Shown in pieces: positions 35,776-45,733 of a DNA stretch of 64,000 nucleotides (positions are counted from its first letter, which is position 1; each line of letters begins with the position of its first letter). The notes below the pieces were generated by a model. That model saw nothing but the letters and a program-made list of their open reading frames with translations. It ran no database searches and was not told the DNA's origin. A program made the translations under genes and the position numbers. Source of the stretch: Bacteroidota bacterium. Lineage in GTDB: Bacteria; Bacteroidota; Bacteroidia; UKL13-3. The DNA is taken from positions 13,747 to 77,746 of the forward strand of contig CANKQY010000003.1 in assembly GCA_947485745.1 (NCBI GenBank), written 5' to 3'.

Positions 35776-37890
35776 TTATTTTTTAGGAAATACACTAATT
35801 GCAAATCCACCACCTTTGGCAACATTTACTTTTAATTTGGTTTTATTGCTCACTGTTAATTTTTCAATAACATAAGCTTCCGGATTTTCATCCCAACTGG
35901 CATTTGGTGCATCTTTATAAATAGTAATTTCATATTTTTTCCCTTTTTCTAGGAAGCCAAAATCTACAATCATTTCTCTGGCATCTTGGTCTGTGATACC
36001 GCCAACAAACCAATTGTTGGTGCCCTTGGCTTTTCTTGCAATGGCTAGATAATCGCCAGGTTCGGCCAAAAGCACTTTGGTATCATCCCAATCAACAGCA
36101 ACATCTTTTATAAATTGAAATGCGTCTGGTTTTGCCAAATAGTTTTCGGGTAGGTCTGTTGCCATTTGAACAGGACTATAAAGTGTAACATAAAGTGCTA
36201 ACTGCTTAGTTAAAGTAGTATGAACTTGTTCTTTTGCACCAGGAACATAATAGCTTTTTTTAATTTTAAAAATACCTGGTGTATAATCCATCGGTCCTCC
36301 CATTAGTCGAGTAAAAGGCAAAATAGTTTCATGTTCAGGTGGGTTACCTTCACTCCAAAAATTAAACTCTTGTCCGCGAGCAGCCTCAGCGGCCATAAAA
36401 TTAGGGTAAGTTCTGTGCAAGCCAGTCGGACGAACGGGTTCATGTGCAACCACCATGATATTGTAATTTGCAGCTTTTGAAATGGCTCGGTTATAATGGT
36501 TCACCATCCATTGTCCATCATGGTATTCCCCTCTAGGGATAATTTTACCAACGTAGCCAGATTTAAGGGCATTGCTTCCATAAGCATTCATTTGGCGGTA
36601 GGCAGTGTCCATCCAACGTTCGTAGTTTGTAGCACTTCCGCTTGTTTCATGGTGTGTTATAATTCCTACACCTTTGCTTCTTGCATATTGGTTCAAACCT
36701 TTAACATCAAAATCTGGGTAAGGGGTTACAAAGTCGAACACATCTTCTTTCCACTTACCAAACCAATCTTCCCAACCTGTATTCCAACCCTCTACTAAAA
36801 CACCGCCAAAGCCATTGCTTGAGGCAAAATCAATGTATTTTTTTGTATTTTCATTGGTTGCACCATGTTTGGTTTTCTTGGCCATTTTTCCATCACTTCC
36901 TGCATCAGAAGCTGATTGCTGTCCGGCATAATCCCAAGTAGATATACCCAAATGCATCTCAAGCCAAATACCAACATATTTCATTGGCTTAATATAGGAA
37001 GGGTCTTTTATTTTGGAAGGTTCATTTAGGTTTAAAATCATTTTAGATGCAATAATTTCTCTGGCATCATCACTTACTACAATCGTGCGCCAAGGTGTTT
37101 GGGTTGGTGCTCTCATGTAGGCCTTGTTGCCAACGGCGTCTGGAGCCAGCGTGGCTGTTGCATTAAAAGTACCCACATCAAATTTGAGATCCATACAAGG
37201 ATAATTAATTAGTGCCGCCTCGTGAATACTCATGTATATGCCATCTGCAGATTTTGCCATTAGAGGAGTTTGAACAAAAGCACCTTGAATAGGAGTGGCT
37301 GTAAAAATTGCACCATCTCTCTTTTTGGCCATTTTTTCTATTTCTGAAATTTTAGATGTATAATAATTGTATTCATTGGTATCAAAATCACCTGGCATCC
37401 AAAATATTTTATGGTCGCCATTTAAATTGAAAGAGGTTAATTCCTCCTCAATAATAAAATGCTGCAAATTTTCTTGTTCAGGAAATTCATACCTAAAACC
37501 TAAACCATCTTCATAAATTTTGAAGACAATTTTTAGTAAATGTGGCTTAGTGGCGTTATCTTTTATAGTAATTAGTAATTGGTTGTATTTATTATCTATG
37601 TTTTTTGTTTCACCCCAAACTGGTTGCCAGGTTTCATTAAATGTGGAGTTTTCAACTGTAACAATTGAATAGCCTGAACCAAAATCTGGCATATCTTTTA
37701 TTTTAAAACCTAAGGATGATTCCTCTACCACAAGCTTTCCTTTATAACTTAATGAATAGGTAGGTTGTCCATTATTAAGGGTAAAGGTTAGTTTTACTTT
37801 TCCGCTGGGCGAACCAAGGGAGTGGGTTTGTGAATAAGCGTTTAATCCTGAAATAAGCAATGCGCAAAACAGGTAAATTAATTTTTTCAT
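35776..37890 (-). CDS. Glycoside hydrolase family 97 (SusB-like alpha-glucosidase type)
   Basis: 704 aa with a signal peptide. The blocks KYIDFASSNGFGGVLVEGWNTGWEDW, HHETSG and LKSGYVG match my memory of GH97 enzymes. Confidence 0.8.
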   Translation of the reverse strand: MKKLIYLFCALLISGLNAYSQTHSLGSPSGKVKLTFTLNNGQPTYSLSYKGKLVVEESSLGFKIKDMPDFGSGYSIVTVENSTFNETWQPVWGETKNIDNKYNQLLITIKDNATKPHLLKIVFKIYEDGLGFRYEFPEQENLQHFIIEEELTSFNLNGDHKIFWMPGDFDTNEYNYYTSKISEIEKMAKKRDGAIFTATPIQGAFVQTPLMAKSADGIYMSIHEAALINYPCMDLKFDVGTFNATATLAPDAVGNKAYMRAPTQTPWRTIVVSDDAREIIASKMILNLNEPSKIKDPSYIKPMKYVGIWLEMHLGISTWDYAGQQSASDAGSDGKMAKKTKHGATNENTKKYIDFASSNGFGGVLVEGWNTGWEDWFGKWKEDVFDFVTPYPDFDVKGLNQYARSKGVGIITHHETSGSATNYERWMDTAYRQMNAYGSNALKSGYVGKIIPRGEYHDGQWMVNHYNRAISKAANYNIMVVAHEPVRPTGLHRTYPNFMAAEAARGQEFNFWSEGNPPEHETILPFTRLMGGPMDYTPGIFKIKKSYYVPGAKEQVHTTLTKQLALYVTLYSPVQMATDLPENYLAKPDAFQFIKDVAVDWDDTKVLLAEPGDYLAIARKAKGTNNWFVGGITDQDAREMIVDFGFLEKGKKYEITIYKDAPNASWDENPEAYVIEKLTVSNKTKLKVNVAKGGGFAISVFPKK
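36690..36699 (-). repeat. Iterated decamer copy (GGTTCAAACC on the + strand)
   Basis: Exact match inside GH97 (minus strand); the sense strand reads GGT TTG AAC CAA (G-L-N-Q). Confidence 0.95.
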
Positions 37891-37971
37891 TTTTGGTTCA
37901 ATTTTAATGGTGAAATATAGTAGAATAAAATATCAAGTACAATTACTTGTAACAAACAGGTCGAAATAGTC

Positions 37972-38006
37972 AAAAAAAAAGCCCTCCGTTGCGGGAGGGC
38001 TTTTTT
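37972..38006 (-). terminator. Rho-independent terminator (A9-hairpin-T6, structurally bidirectional) downstream of the T9SS cargo gene
   Basis: Stem GCCCTCC (37981-37987) pairs with GGAGGGC (37994-38000), flanked by A9 and T6. Confidence 0.8.
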
Positions 38007-38022
38007 GCAATTGGATTATAAA

Positions 38023-39759
38023 TTAGTTAACCAATAACTTGATAGAACCAGTTTGGTTTTTATCATTGCTAACGTTTAAGAAATAAATACCAGGAGTTAA
38101 TTCATCCTTGTCTACTCTTAAAGTATTGTATTTATGGTTATCATAAGTTCTAACAATACGTCCAGCCAAATCTAATACTTGAACGTTGTGGTTAGCTGAA
38201 TTATCGTTAAATTCAATAACGGTATAAGTGCTAGTAGGATTTGGATATAACTTAAGGTTTGCGCTTAAGGCATTTTCGTTGATACCAACTGGAGCTCTAC
38301 CAATAGTACAAGTGTTGAATTTGTAATTGATGCTTATTGGAGTTGCAACTGTTCTTGTGAAAACACGGTTCCAACCACCAATACCATTTGATTCAACACA
38401 ACTGCGTTGAGTTGAGTCGCCAAATTGCTCTTCATTGTCTTTGTTAGTAGCATCGCCATTTGTGAACTTGTAGTTAAAAGTACCTGGGCATATTGAGTCA
38501 ATTTTAACCATGTATAATCCCGGTACGCCGCTAACAGCAGTTAGCTCTCTAGCGCCAGCTTGCCAGTTTGGAACTGCAAAAGTTCCCATGATGTAAATTT
38601 TAGGAGCAGGAGTTTCAGCAATCATATCAACATAAAAAGTGATAGACGAGTTTGCAGGCTTGCCAGGGCAAGGACCAACAACTCTTGAACCAAGACAAGT
38701 TAAGGCAACTGTATCATTTTTAGTTAAATTAAAAATTCTGTCTGATCCACCTTCCCAATTGGTATTACCATTTTTGTGAGCGCGGAATTTGAATTTAACT
38801 TCACCAGAATCTAAGGCATTTACGGTTACTCTGAATACTGGCAATGAAGCTTCTTTAGTCATTCTGATACCAACGCCAAAGCCTGTTAATTTTGCACCAG
38901 CACCAGCAACGGTAACGCTATCAAATCCACCATTACAATCAGATGAACTCATGTCTACTTGGAAAGTTAGATTATAAGTAGGGATTGGAGCTGAAGGGCA
39001 AGCAACACACATACTAAAGCAAATCTTAGCAAATGCTACTGAAGCAGAAGTTGCTTGGTAAAAACGGTTTGAGTTTCCTCCACCTTTTTGGCAAGCTGTA
39101 GGGATTGATTCTTCACCAGCACCCCAATTGTTGTCGTTGATGTATTTCCACTCAATACCATCAGTTGAATCAACAATAGCAATAAATTCATATACTTTGT
39201 TGTTGTTGAATAAATTGGTCATTCTTGATTCATTTGGTTTCCAATCGCCAGAAGCATTGTTGTATTTGCCTTGGAAGTTACCAGCCACATAAACGCCATT
39301 TGCGCTCACCGCAGCTACTTTTTGCATGTCTACAGCAAATCTGATAGCTGTTTTGCCCATAGGCGCAGCACCACTAAAAGTAAATGAAAGAACGGTTGTG
39401 TCGTTTCTCAATGAATCAATGTAAGCCCAACGGTTGCCATTGCTACCACCATTTGCAACACTTTCTTTCTTTGAAATACTAGGAACTGACTCTTCACCTG
39501 GACCCCAATTGTTGTCGTTAATGAATTTGAATTCAATAACTTGCATGGCATTAATGTCAACAACAGTAGAATACAACATGGTTGTTCCTTGTTTTGTTAA
39601 TGGGCTATTTGCAGGAGTCCAATTTTGGAAATTACCAGCAACAGAAACCCCATTTGGGCTAATTGTTTTGCCAGTCATGTCGACTATAAATTTAACTTTC
39701 TTTGCAAATACTCCGGAAGTCGCTACCAGAGCTGCTGTCATTAGTAATAATTTTTTCAT
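38023..39759 (-). CDS. Secreted multi-module putative glycan-binding protein with a T9SS C-terminal sorting domain
   Basis: A signal peptide is followed by four ~105-120-aa modules, each opening (F/V)xVDM. The C-terminus is LKLYPNPTSTYTVIEFND...GIYFLNVSNDKNQTGSIKLLVN (type A CTD pattern). Confidence 0.7.
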   Translation of the reverse strand: MKKLLLMTAALVATSGVFAKKVKFIVDMTGKTISPNGVSVAGNFQNWTPANSPLTKQGTTMLYSTVVDINAMQVIEFKFINDNNWGPGEESVPSISKKESVANGGSNGNRWAYIDSLRNDTTVLSFTFSGAAPMGKTAIRFAVDMQKVAAVSANGVYVAGNFQGKYNNASGDWKPNESRMTNLFNNNKVYEFIAIVDSTDGIEWKYINDNNWGAGEESIPTACQKGGGNSNRFYQATSASVAFAKICFSMCVACPSAPIPTYNLTFQVDMSSSDCNGGFDSVTVAGAGAKLTGFGVGIRMTKEASLPVFRVTVNALDSGEVKFKFRAHKNGNTNWEGGSDRIFNLTKNDTVALTCLGSRVVGPCPGKPANSSITFYVDMIAETPAPKIYIMGTFAVPNWQAGARELTAVSGVPGLYMVKIDSICPGTFNYKFTNGDATNKDNEEQFGDSTQRSCVESNGIGGWNRVFTRTVATPISINYKFNTCTIGRAPVGINENALSANLKLYPNPTSTYTVIEFNDNSANHNVQVLDLAGRIVRTYDNHKYNTLRVDKDELTPGIYFLNVSNDKNQTGSIKLLVN

Positions 39760-39937
39760 ATTGTAAAAAGTAATTGAAGGCGCAAATTATATTAAATTAA
39801 TATGAAAGTTTATATATTCCTACAAAAAATTGTGTAAAATTTTACTTTTTGTTAATTTACAAACATCAATTTAGTAATAATTTAATGATTTTTACCGCTT
39901 CATTTTTTTTATTTCATATTAATGTTATTTTGGCACC

Positions 39938-42900
39938 ATGAATATACGAATACTAAGCATTTATTTATTATTAATTATTTCCTCCGCTGCAAGTGCTCAA
40001 AATATTAAGGGAACAGTTAAGGATGTTGGGGGCGATGCCGTTATTGGAGCTACTGTTCAGGTTGAAGGTTCTTCATATGGCGCAGTTACTGATGTTTTAG
40101 GTTTTTTTGAGGTAAAGAAGCTCAGGAAGGGGAATTATAAACTTAAAATTTCTTCTGTAGGCTTGGCAACAACTTTTAAAGAGGTAACTTTAGGCGAGTC
40201 AGATATTACCGTTGCTGTGGTTATGAAAGAAGATCGCGAGCAAATGGATGAATTAGTTGTGGTTGGATATGGTGTGCAACGAAAAAGGGAAGTTACAGGA
40301 GCCATTTCTAAAATTGGGGGTAAAGAATTAAACGATTTACCCGTGCCAAGTTTTGAGGCCGCCCTTCAAGGAAAGGCGCCGGGAGTGCAAATTACGGTTG
40401 GCAGTGGTTTAGCTGGCTCAGCTTCCATTGTGCGTATAAGAGGTATATCATCTATTAGTGCGGGTGGAGATCCATTGTATGTTGTGGATGGAATACCTAT
40501 CACGCAAGATTATTTTATCAATGGTAATTCTGGAGGAATGAATAATAATCCTTTAGCAACTATTAATCCCGATGACATTGAAAGCGTGGAAGTATTGAAA
40601 GATGCCGCGGCAAATGCTATATACGGATCAAGAGGTGCAAATGGTGTAATTATTATTACCACAAAACGTGGTAAAGGCAAAGGATGGAAATTAGGTGCAC
40701 AAATGAAAGCTGGTGTTTCAGTGCCAACAGCTCGACCAAAAATGTTGAACAACAAAGAATGGATGCAAATAAACCAAGAAGCTTGGGAAAATGATGGGTT
40801 TTCTGGAATAGCACCATTGCCAGGAGGATTAACTCAAGAGCAGGCCATGGCCAATAATACCAATTGGGTGGATCAAACCATTCAAACAGGTAGCAAATAT
40901 GGTTTTAATTTTTCTGCAACTAAAGGAGGAGAAAAAGTTAATACCTATGTTAATTTTTCTCATGATTACAACGGCTCCTTTTTAGTAGGTAACTCATACA
41001 TTAGAACTGCAGGAAGGATTAACTTAGATTACAATGCCACCCAATGGTTAAAAATTGGGATTAATAGTTCAATTAGCAGAGGTATAAATAATAGAGTAAA
41101 TGCCGCATGGTCTGGCGGATTAGGAGCAGCAATGAGCACAGCCTTGCCAATTTACCCGGTTAAAAATGCCGATGGAACATGGTTTAGAAGTGGTAATAAC
41201 CCTACAAGAATGATGGAAAATATGCTCTGGCAAACCACAGAATTAAGGGCTTTAAACGGTTTGAACCTAACGCTAACACCAATCAAGGACGTTGTTATTC
41301 AGGGTCAAACTAGCTATGATTACATGGATCAAAAAGACGATCAATGGCGTTCATCTGAGATTACAGGTAATGCAAATAAAGGAGATGCCTCGAGGGGAAT
41401 GTCGTTTGTGAAAAATTTTAATTATTTTATTACAGCCTCGTACCTAAAAACAATCAATGAAAAACACAGTATTCAGGTTTTGGTTGGAAATGAATACCAA
41501 AGAGCAAATACAATCAGAAGAAGCGCCGACTCTACCAATGTTGGGGGTTTATTTAAGGATAATTACCAAGATTACCTTGAAGCAAGATACTTGTCTCAGC
41601 CAGGAGTAAACTGGGGTTTTTTAAGTTATTTTGCTAGGGCAAATTATAACTTCAAGCAAAAATATTTTGTACAAGGTGTTTTTAGAACGGATGCATCATC
41701 AAGGTTTGGTTCAAACTACCGTTGGGCAAGTTTTCCTTCATTATCTGCAAGTTGGATTTTATCTGAAGAAAATTTTATGAAAGGAAACAAAGTATTTAGT
41801 TTCTTAAAATTAAGAGCGGGTTGGGGTAAAACAGGTAATGCAAATATTCCAGATGATGCCAGGTATGCAACTTATTCTAGTAGTTCAAACAATGTAACTT
41901 ATAACGGACAAGGAACTTTATTTCCTCTAAAATTAGAGAACAGAAATGTGAGATGGGAAACTACCAACAATTATGATGCAGCAATTGAGGCTGGTTTTTT
42001 CAAGGATAGATTAACAGTTGAAGTAGATGTTTACAGAAAAGTTACCTCTGATGTATTGATGTTTTTAACTATACCTCAGTCAATTGGTTTTAGTCAATAT
42101 TGGGATAATGTGGGAGGTATCTTGAACCAAGGAATAGAATTTAGTTTTAAATCAAAAAATATTATCACTAAAGATTTTCAATGGAGTACTAATTTCAATG
42201 TTGCAAGAAATTTCAATGAAATCACCAGTATTGGTGTTTATTCTGAAGACGCTGTTAGTGGTGGAACAAACGATACAAGGGTTGTAGTTGGACAACCTGT
42301 TGGTACCAATTATTTAATTCGTTGGTCGCATGTAGATCCTGCAACTGGTAGGCCAGTATATTTAGATATCAATGGCAACCAAACATTTGATTACGATAAT
42401 AAAAACAGAACAGCTGTGGGTAAAATTATACCTGATGCAATTGGTGGTTTAACCAACACCTTCCGTTATAAGCAATGGGACATGAGTGTTTTGGTTATTT
42501 TCAGTCTTGGTTCAAACATATATGAATCTTCGCAAAAGCGCCAATCAACTTTAGTTACAGATTGGAATATGGATGAGCGTGTATATGACCGTTGGCAAAA
42601 ACCAGGCGATATTGCTAAATACCCTCGTTTAACAAGGGACTTTAGAACTTACGATTTACCAGATGAATGGAGTAATACCACGCTATGGCTAAAAGATGGA
42701 AGCTATGCGCGTTTAAGAAACTTAACCATTGGCTACAATATGGCTTCGGCTCGTTGCAAGAAAATGAGAATTTCGAGCATGCGTATTTCTGCAATTGCCA
42801 CAAATTTATTTACCTTAACTAATTTTGATGGCTTAGATCCGGAAATTGGTAGAGACTCAGAGGGTGGATCATCAGGAGATTTAAATAGTTCAAGAAATTT

Positions 42901-42976
42901 AGGTTCACAAAATATTTCTTATTTAACGCCTCCTCAAGAAAAGACATTTAGTGTTCAAGTAAGTGTTGAGTTTTAA
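39938..42976 (+). CDS. SusC/RagA-family TonB-linked outer-membrane transporter
   Basis: N-terminal carboxypeptidase-regulatory-like domain (IKGTVKDVGGDAVIGATVQV), TonB-box/plug DELVVVGYGVQRKREVTGA, ~1000 aa, followed by a SusD gene. Confidence 0.9.
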   Translation: MNIRILSIYLLLIISSAASAQNIKGTVKDVGGDAVIGATVQVEGSSYGAVTDVLGFFEVKKLRKGNYKLKISSVGLATTFKEVTLGESDITVAVVMKEDREQMDELVVVGYGVQRKREVTGAISKIGGKELNDLPVPSFEAALQGKAPGVQITVGSGLAGSASIVRIRGISSISAGGDPLYVVDGIPITQDYFINGNSGGMNNNPLATINPDDIESVEVLKDAAANAIYGSRGANGVIIITTKRGKGKGWKLGAQMKAGVSVPTARPKMLNNKEWMQINQEAWENDGFSGIAPLPGGLTQEQAMANNTNWVDQTIQTGSKYGFNFSATKGGEKVNTYVNFSHDYNGSFLVGNSYIRTAGRINLDYNATQWLKIGINSSISRGINNRVNAAWSGGLGAAMSTALPIYPVKNADGTWFRSGNNPTRMMENMLWQTTELRALNGLNLTLTPIKDVVIQGQTSYDYMDQKDDQWRSSEITGNANKGDASRGMSFVKNFNYFITASYLKTINEKHSIQVLVGNEYQRANTIRRSADSTNVGGLFKDNYQDYLEARYLSQPGVNWGFLSYFARANYNFKQKYFVQGVFRTDASSRFGSNYRWASFPSLSASWILSEENFMKGNKVFSFLKLRAGWGKTGNANIPDDARYATYSSSSNNVTYNGQGTLFPLKLENRNVRWETTNNYDAAIEAGFFKDRLTVEVDVYRKVTSDVLMFLTIPQSIGFSQYWDNVGGILNQGIEFSFKSKNIITKDFQWSTNFNVARNFNEITSIGVYSEDAVSGGTNDTRVVVGQPVGTNYLIRWSHVDPATGRPVYLDINGNQTFDYDNKNRTAVGKIIPDAIGGLTNTFRYKQWDMSVLVIFSLGSNIYESSQKRQSTLVTDWNMDERVYDRWQKPGDIAKYPRLTRDFRTYDLPDEWSNTTLWLKDGSYARLRNLTIGYNMASARCKKMRISSMRISAIATNLFTLTNFDGLDPEIGRDSEGGSSGDLNSSRNLGSQNISYLTPPQEKTFSVQVSVEF
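41258..41267 (+). repeat. Iterated decamer copy GGTTTGAACC
   Basis: Exact match inside the SusC-like gene; GGT TTG AAC CTA (G-L-N-L). Confidence 0.95.
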
Positions 42977-42995
42977 TTGAAGAAAGAAAAAGATT

Positions 42996-44378
42996 ATGAA
43001 AAAAATATTATTTATAGGTATTGTTTTGCTAACATTGGGTTCATGTAGAAAGTGGCTTGAAATAAAGCCTGAAGGAACACAACTTGAAAGTGAAGCAGTT
43101 AAAAGCCAAGAGGATTTAGCCAAAATATTAAACTCTTGTTATGATGCATCTGCAAACCATTTTAATGGCCGTACACAGTTTTTTAATGAGTTATTAGGAG
43201 ATAACTTAGAGAAGCCGCAGAGTGGTTTTACAACTTCTATTTGGTTTAGAACAACCAATTTTTTTAACTCCGACGTAAGTGGTTTATATGGAGATTTGTA
43301 TAATGTGGTTTTTCGTTTGAATTTTATTCTTGAAAAAATGAATGATGGTACCATTGAAGTTGAGCCAGAATTTAAAACGAGGGTAACCGGCGAGGTAAAG
43401 TTTTTAAGAGCCATGATTCATTTTGAAATCGTTCGTTTATGGGCCCAACCTTATGGATTCAAATCAGATAATTCGCACTTAGGTATTGTTATCAGGGATA
43501 AAGTTTCTACTAGCCCTAAAGCTCGTGCAACTGTTGGTGAAGTTTATTCTTTTATTATTGGTGATTTAACAGAAGCCATAGACAAAATGAAAACTACTAA
43601 TGGCAATTATGCTACTAAAGATGCAGGAAAAGCACTGTTAGCCAAAGTATACTTTCAAATGAATGATTACGAAAAAGTTAAAACCATTTGCAATGAGTTA
43701 ATACCAAGTTATACAATGGATTCAACCTTAAATAGGTTTTCAAATGCATTAACTTCACCTGAAAAAATATTTAGTTTTGTTTCAACTGGAGTAGGTGATA
43801 ATAGGGCTGCAACCTATATCAATAATTATAGAATTGTTAATCCTTCTAATCCGTCACCTATCAGGTTATCTAAATCCCTTTATACTGAAGGTGTATCAGA
43901 TACCTCGGATAAAAGGTCGAAATATTACGTTATTTTTAATCCTGGTGATGCCAGTGAAACCTATGGTACCACTAAGTTTAATGCTGATTTTTTTAGTAAT
44001 CCAATCAGCTACCTTACTCAATTAAAGTTGATGAGGGCTGAAGCTTTAGGGATTTTAAACAGCGACCTAGCAACTGGTATTGATGATGTGAATGATGTTT
44101 TAGAAAGGGCCTATGGTTCAAACATTAAAAATTTACCAACTAATACTGCTGCTGGTGACCTTGTTTTTATGGCTAGAAAGCAAAGTCGGTTAGAATTTCC
44201 TTGTGAAGGAAATAGGGTGCAAGATTTAAAAAGAATAGGGGTTAAGGATGATCCCAATGGAACAGGAACAGTTTTAATTAGAGGTTCAAAATGGAATTGT
44301 GCAGGCTTAGCTTTGCAATTTCCAGTAAGCGAAAACACAGATGTTTTTATTTTTAATACTGAAGGAGGTTGCGAATAA
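42996..44378 (+). CDS. SusD/RagB-family nutrient-binding outer-membrane lipoprotein
   Basis: Lipoprotein signal LLTLGSC, TPR-like helical N-terminal half (RAMIHFEIVRLWAQPYG) and position directly after SusC. Confidence 0.85.
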   Translation: MKKILFIGIVLLTLGSCRKWLEIKPEGTQLESEAVKSQEDLAKILNSCYDASANHFNGRTQFFNELLGDNLEKPQSGFTTSIWFRTTNFFNSDVSGLYGDLYNVVFRLNFILEKMNDGTIEVEPEFKTRVTGEVKFLRAMIHFEIVRLWAQPYGFKSDNSHLGIVIRDKVSTSPKARATVGEVYSFIIGDLTEAIDKMKTTNGNYATKDAGKALLAKVYFQMNDYEKVKTICNELIPSYTMDSTLNRFSNALTSPEKIFSFVSTGVGDNRAATYINNYRIVNPSNPSPIRLSKSLYTEGVSDTSDKRSKYYVIFNPGDASETYGTTKFNADFFSNPISYLTQLKLMRAEALGILNSDLATGIDDVNDVLERAYGSNIKNLPTNTAAGDLVFMARKQSRLEFPCEGNRVQDLKRIGVKDDPNGTGTVLIRGSKWNCAGLALQFPVSENTDVFIFNTEGGCE

Positions 44379-44383
44379 TGAAT

Positions 44384-44866
44384 ATGAAAAATTATATAAT
44401 ACTAATGCTTTCAGCCACTCTGGTTTTAGCAGCTTGTAAAAAAGATTTGAAAGAAATTGGTGCACCTGCAAGTAAGGTGGAAGGCATTAAGGCCGATTGG
44501 GATTTGTTAAAAGCCACTCAGGTAGATGAATTATCTTTAACCAAAGAATCTGCAAATATTTATAGCTTTTTAGCTGGTTCTGGTAAATTGCCCAATATTA
44601 GTTTTAGCGACTCAACTTATAGTGTAGATACGGTTGGTTTAAAATTTAATTTTTTTGGTGGACCTTCAGGAAAATGGCATTTTGATAATCCTGCCTATCC
44701 TGCTAAGATTGTATTTATGCCTGATGCTGCAGCTGAGTTTACCTTGAAATTAAATGGGCCAATTCGCCCTCAAGATAATCTTCGTTTGTCCAAAGAAGTT
44801 GTTTTAAATTGTAAAGCTAAAGATAATTTGGTAATGAGTTATGTGTTAGAATTTAAAAGAAAGTAA
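44384..44866 (+). CDS. Small PUL-associated lipoprotein (SusE/F-position, unknown family)
   Basis: The ATG at 44384 gives MKNYIILMLSATLVLAAC (lipobox). The tracked ORF starts 5 codons earlier, overlapping the susD-like gene. Confidence 0.55.
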   Translation: MKNYIILMLSATLVLAACKKDLKEIGAPASKVEGIKADWDLLKATQVDELSLTKESANIYSFLAGSGKLPNISFSDSTYSVDTVGLKFNFFGGPSGKWHFDNPAYPAKIVFMPDAAAEFTLKLNGPIRPQDNLRLSKEVVLNCKAKDNLVMSYVLEFKRK

Positions 44867-44871
44867 GTAAC

Positions 44872-45726
44872 ATGAAAAAATTAATATATACTTTGGCATT
44901 AAGCGTAATAGGCACCCTATCTTTTGGTCAGGCTGCATGGGTATTGCCAGAAACGCCAGATGTGACTCAACCAGTTAGGATTTATGTTGACTTGGACAAA
45001 ACAACCAATACTTCATGCAAAGAACTAGCAGGACCTTTTTATATCTGGACTTGGAGTCCTAAGGAAATGCCCGCGGGAAGTGGCAAAGAAAATGGAACGG
45101 GCGATAAAGCATGGAAGAATTCAAATGAGGCTTTAAAAATGACCAGGGATTCTGACAAAGGACCTAAAGTTTGGTATTTTGAAATGACGCCTACAGAATT
45201 TTATGAAGTTACTGCATCTGATGTTTATAGTAAAGGAATCTCCTTTTTGGTAAAGCCTAAAGATGGCGGTGGATATGGTGATCCAGATTTAAAAACGGAA
45301 GATTTAAAAATTTCAATTACCCCACCTAAATTAACAAGAGGTTATATTTACCAGGTGCCGGCAACCATTTTACCTCAAGAAATTGTTAATATTTATTACG
45401 ACAATGCTATAGATACAAATGTGGCAATGAAAAACTTAGCTAATGGCGATGCATATTTGTGGATTAAGTGTACTGGCTTAGATACTGTATCAGGTTCTGA
45501 ATTAGTTTACCAACCTTCTCCATTCTTTTTGGTTGGAACCAACCCTAAATTAGAAATGGAAAAAGATAATTTAACCAGTAAGTTTTTCTTGTCTTTAATA
45601 CCTAAAGATTTCTTTGGGTTTGGAGCCAATTTTGTGCCAACAAATATTGAATGTACGGTTAAGCGAAAAGATACGCCAGATAGAACTTCGGATCAGCCCA
45701 AATTGAAATTTTATAAATGCAATTAG
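44872..45726 (+). CDS. PUL-associated secreted hypothetical protein
   Basis: Signal peptide ...LSFGQA. No motif recognised. It is the last gene before a strong terminator. Confidence 0.5.
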   Translation: MKKLIYTLALSVIGTLSFGQAAWVLPETPDVTQPVRIYVDLDKTTNTSCKELAGPFYIWTWSPKEMPAGSGKENGTGDKAWKNSNEALKMTRDSDKGPKVWYFEMTPTEFYEVTASDVYSKGISFLVKPKDGGGYGDPDLKTEDLKISITPPKLTRGYIYQVPATILPQEIVNIYYDNAIDTNVAMKNLANGDAYLWIKCTGLDTVSGSELVYQPSPFFLVGTNPKLEMEKDNLTSKFFLSLIPKDFFGFGANFVPTNIECTVKRKDTPDRTSDQPKLKFYKCN

Positions 45727-45733
45727 TTTAACT

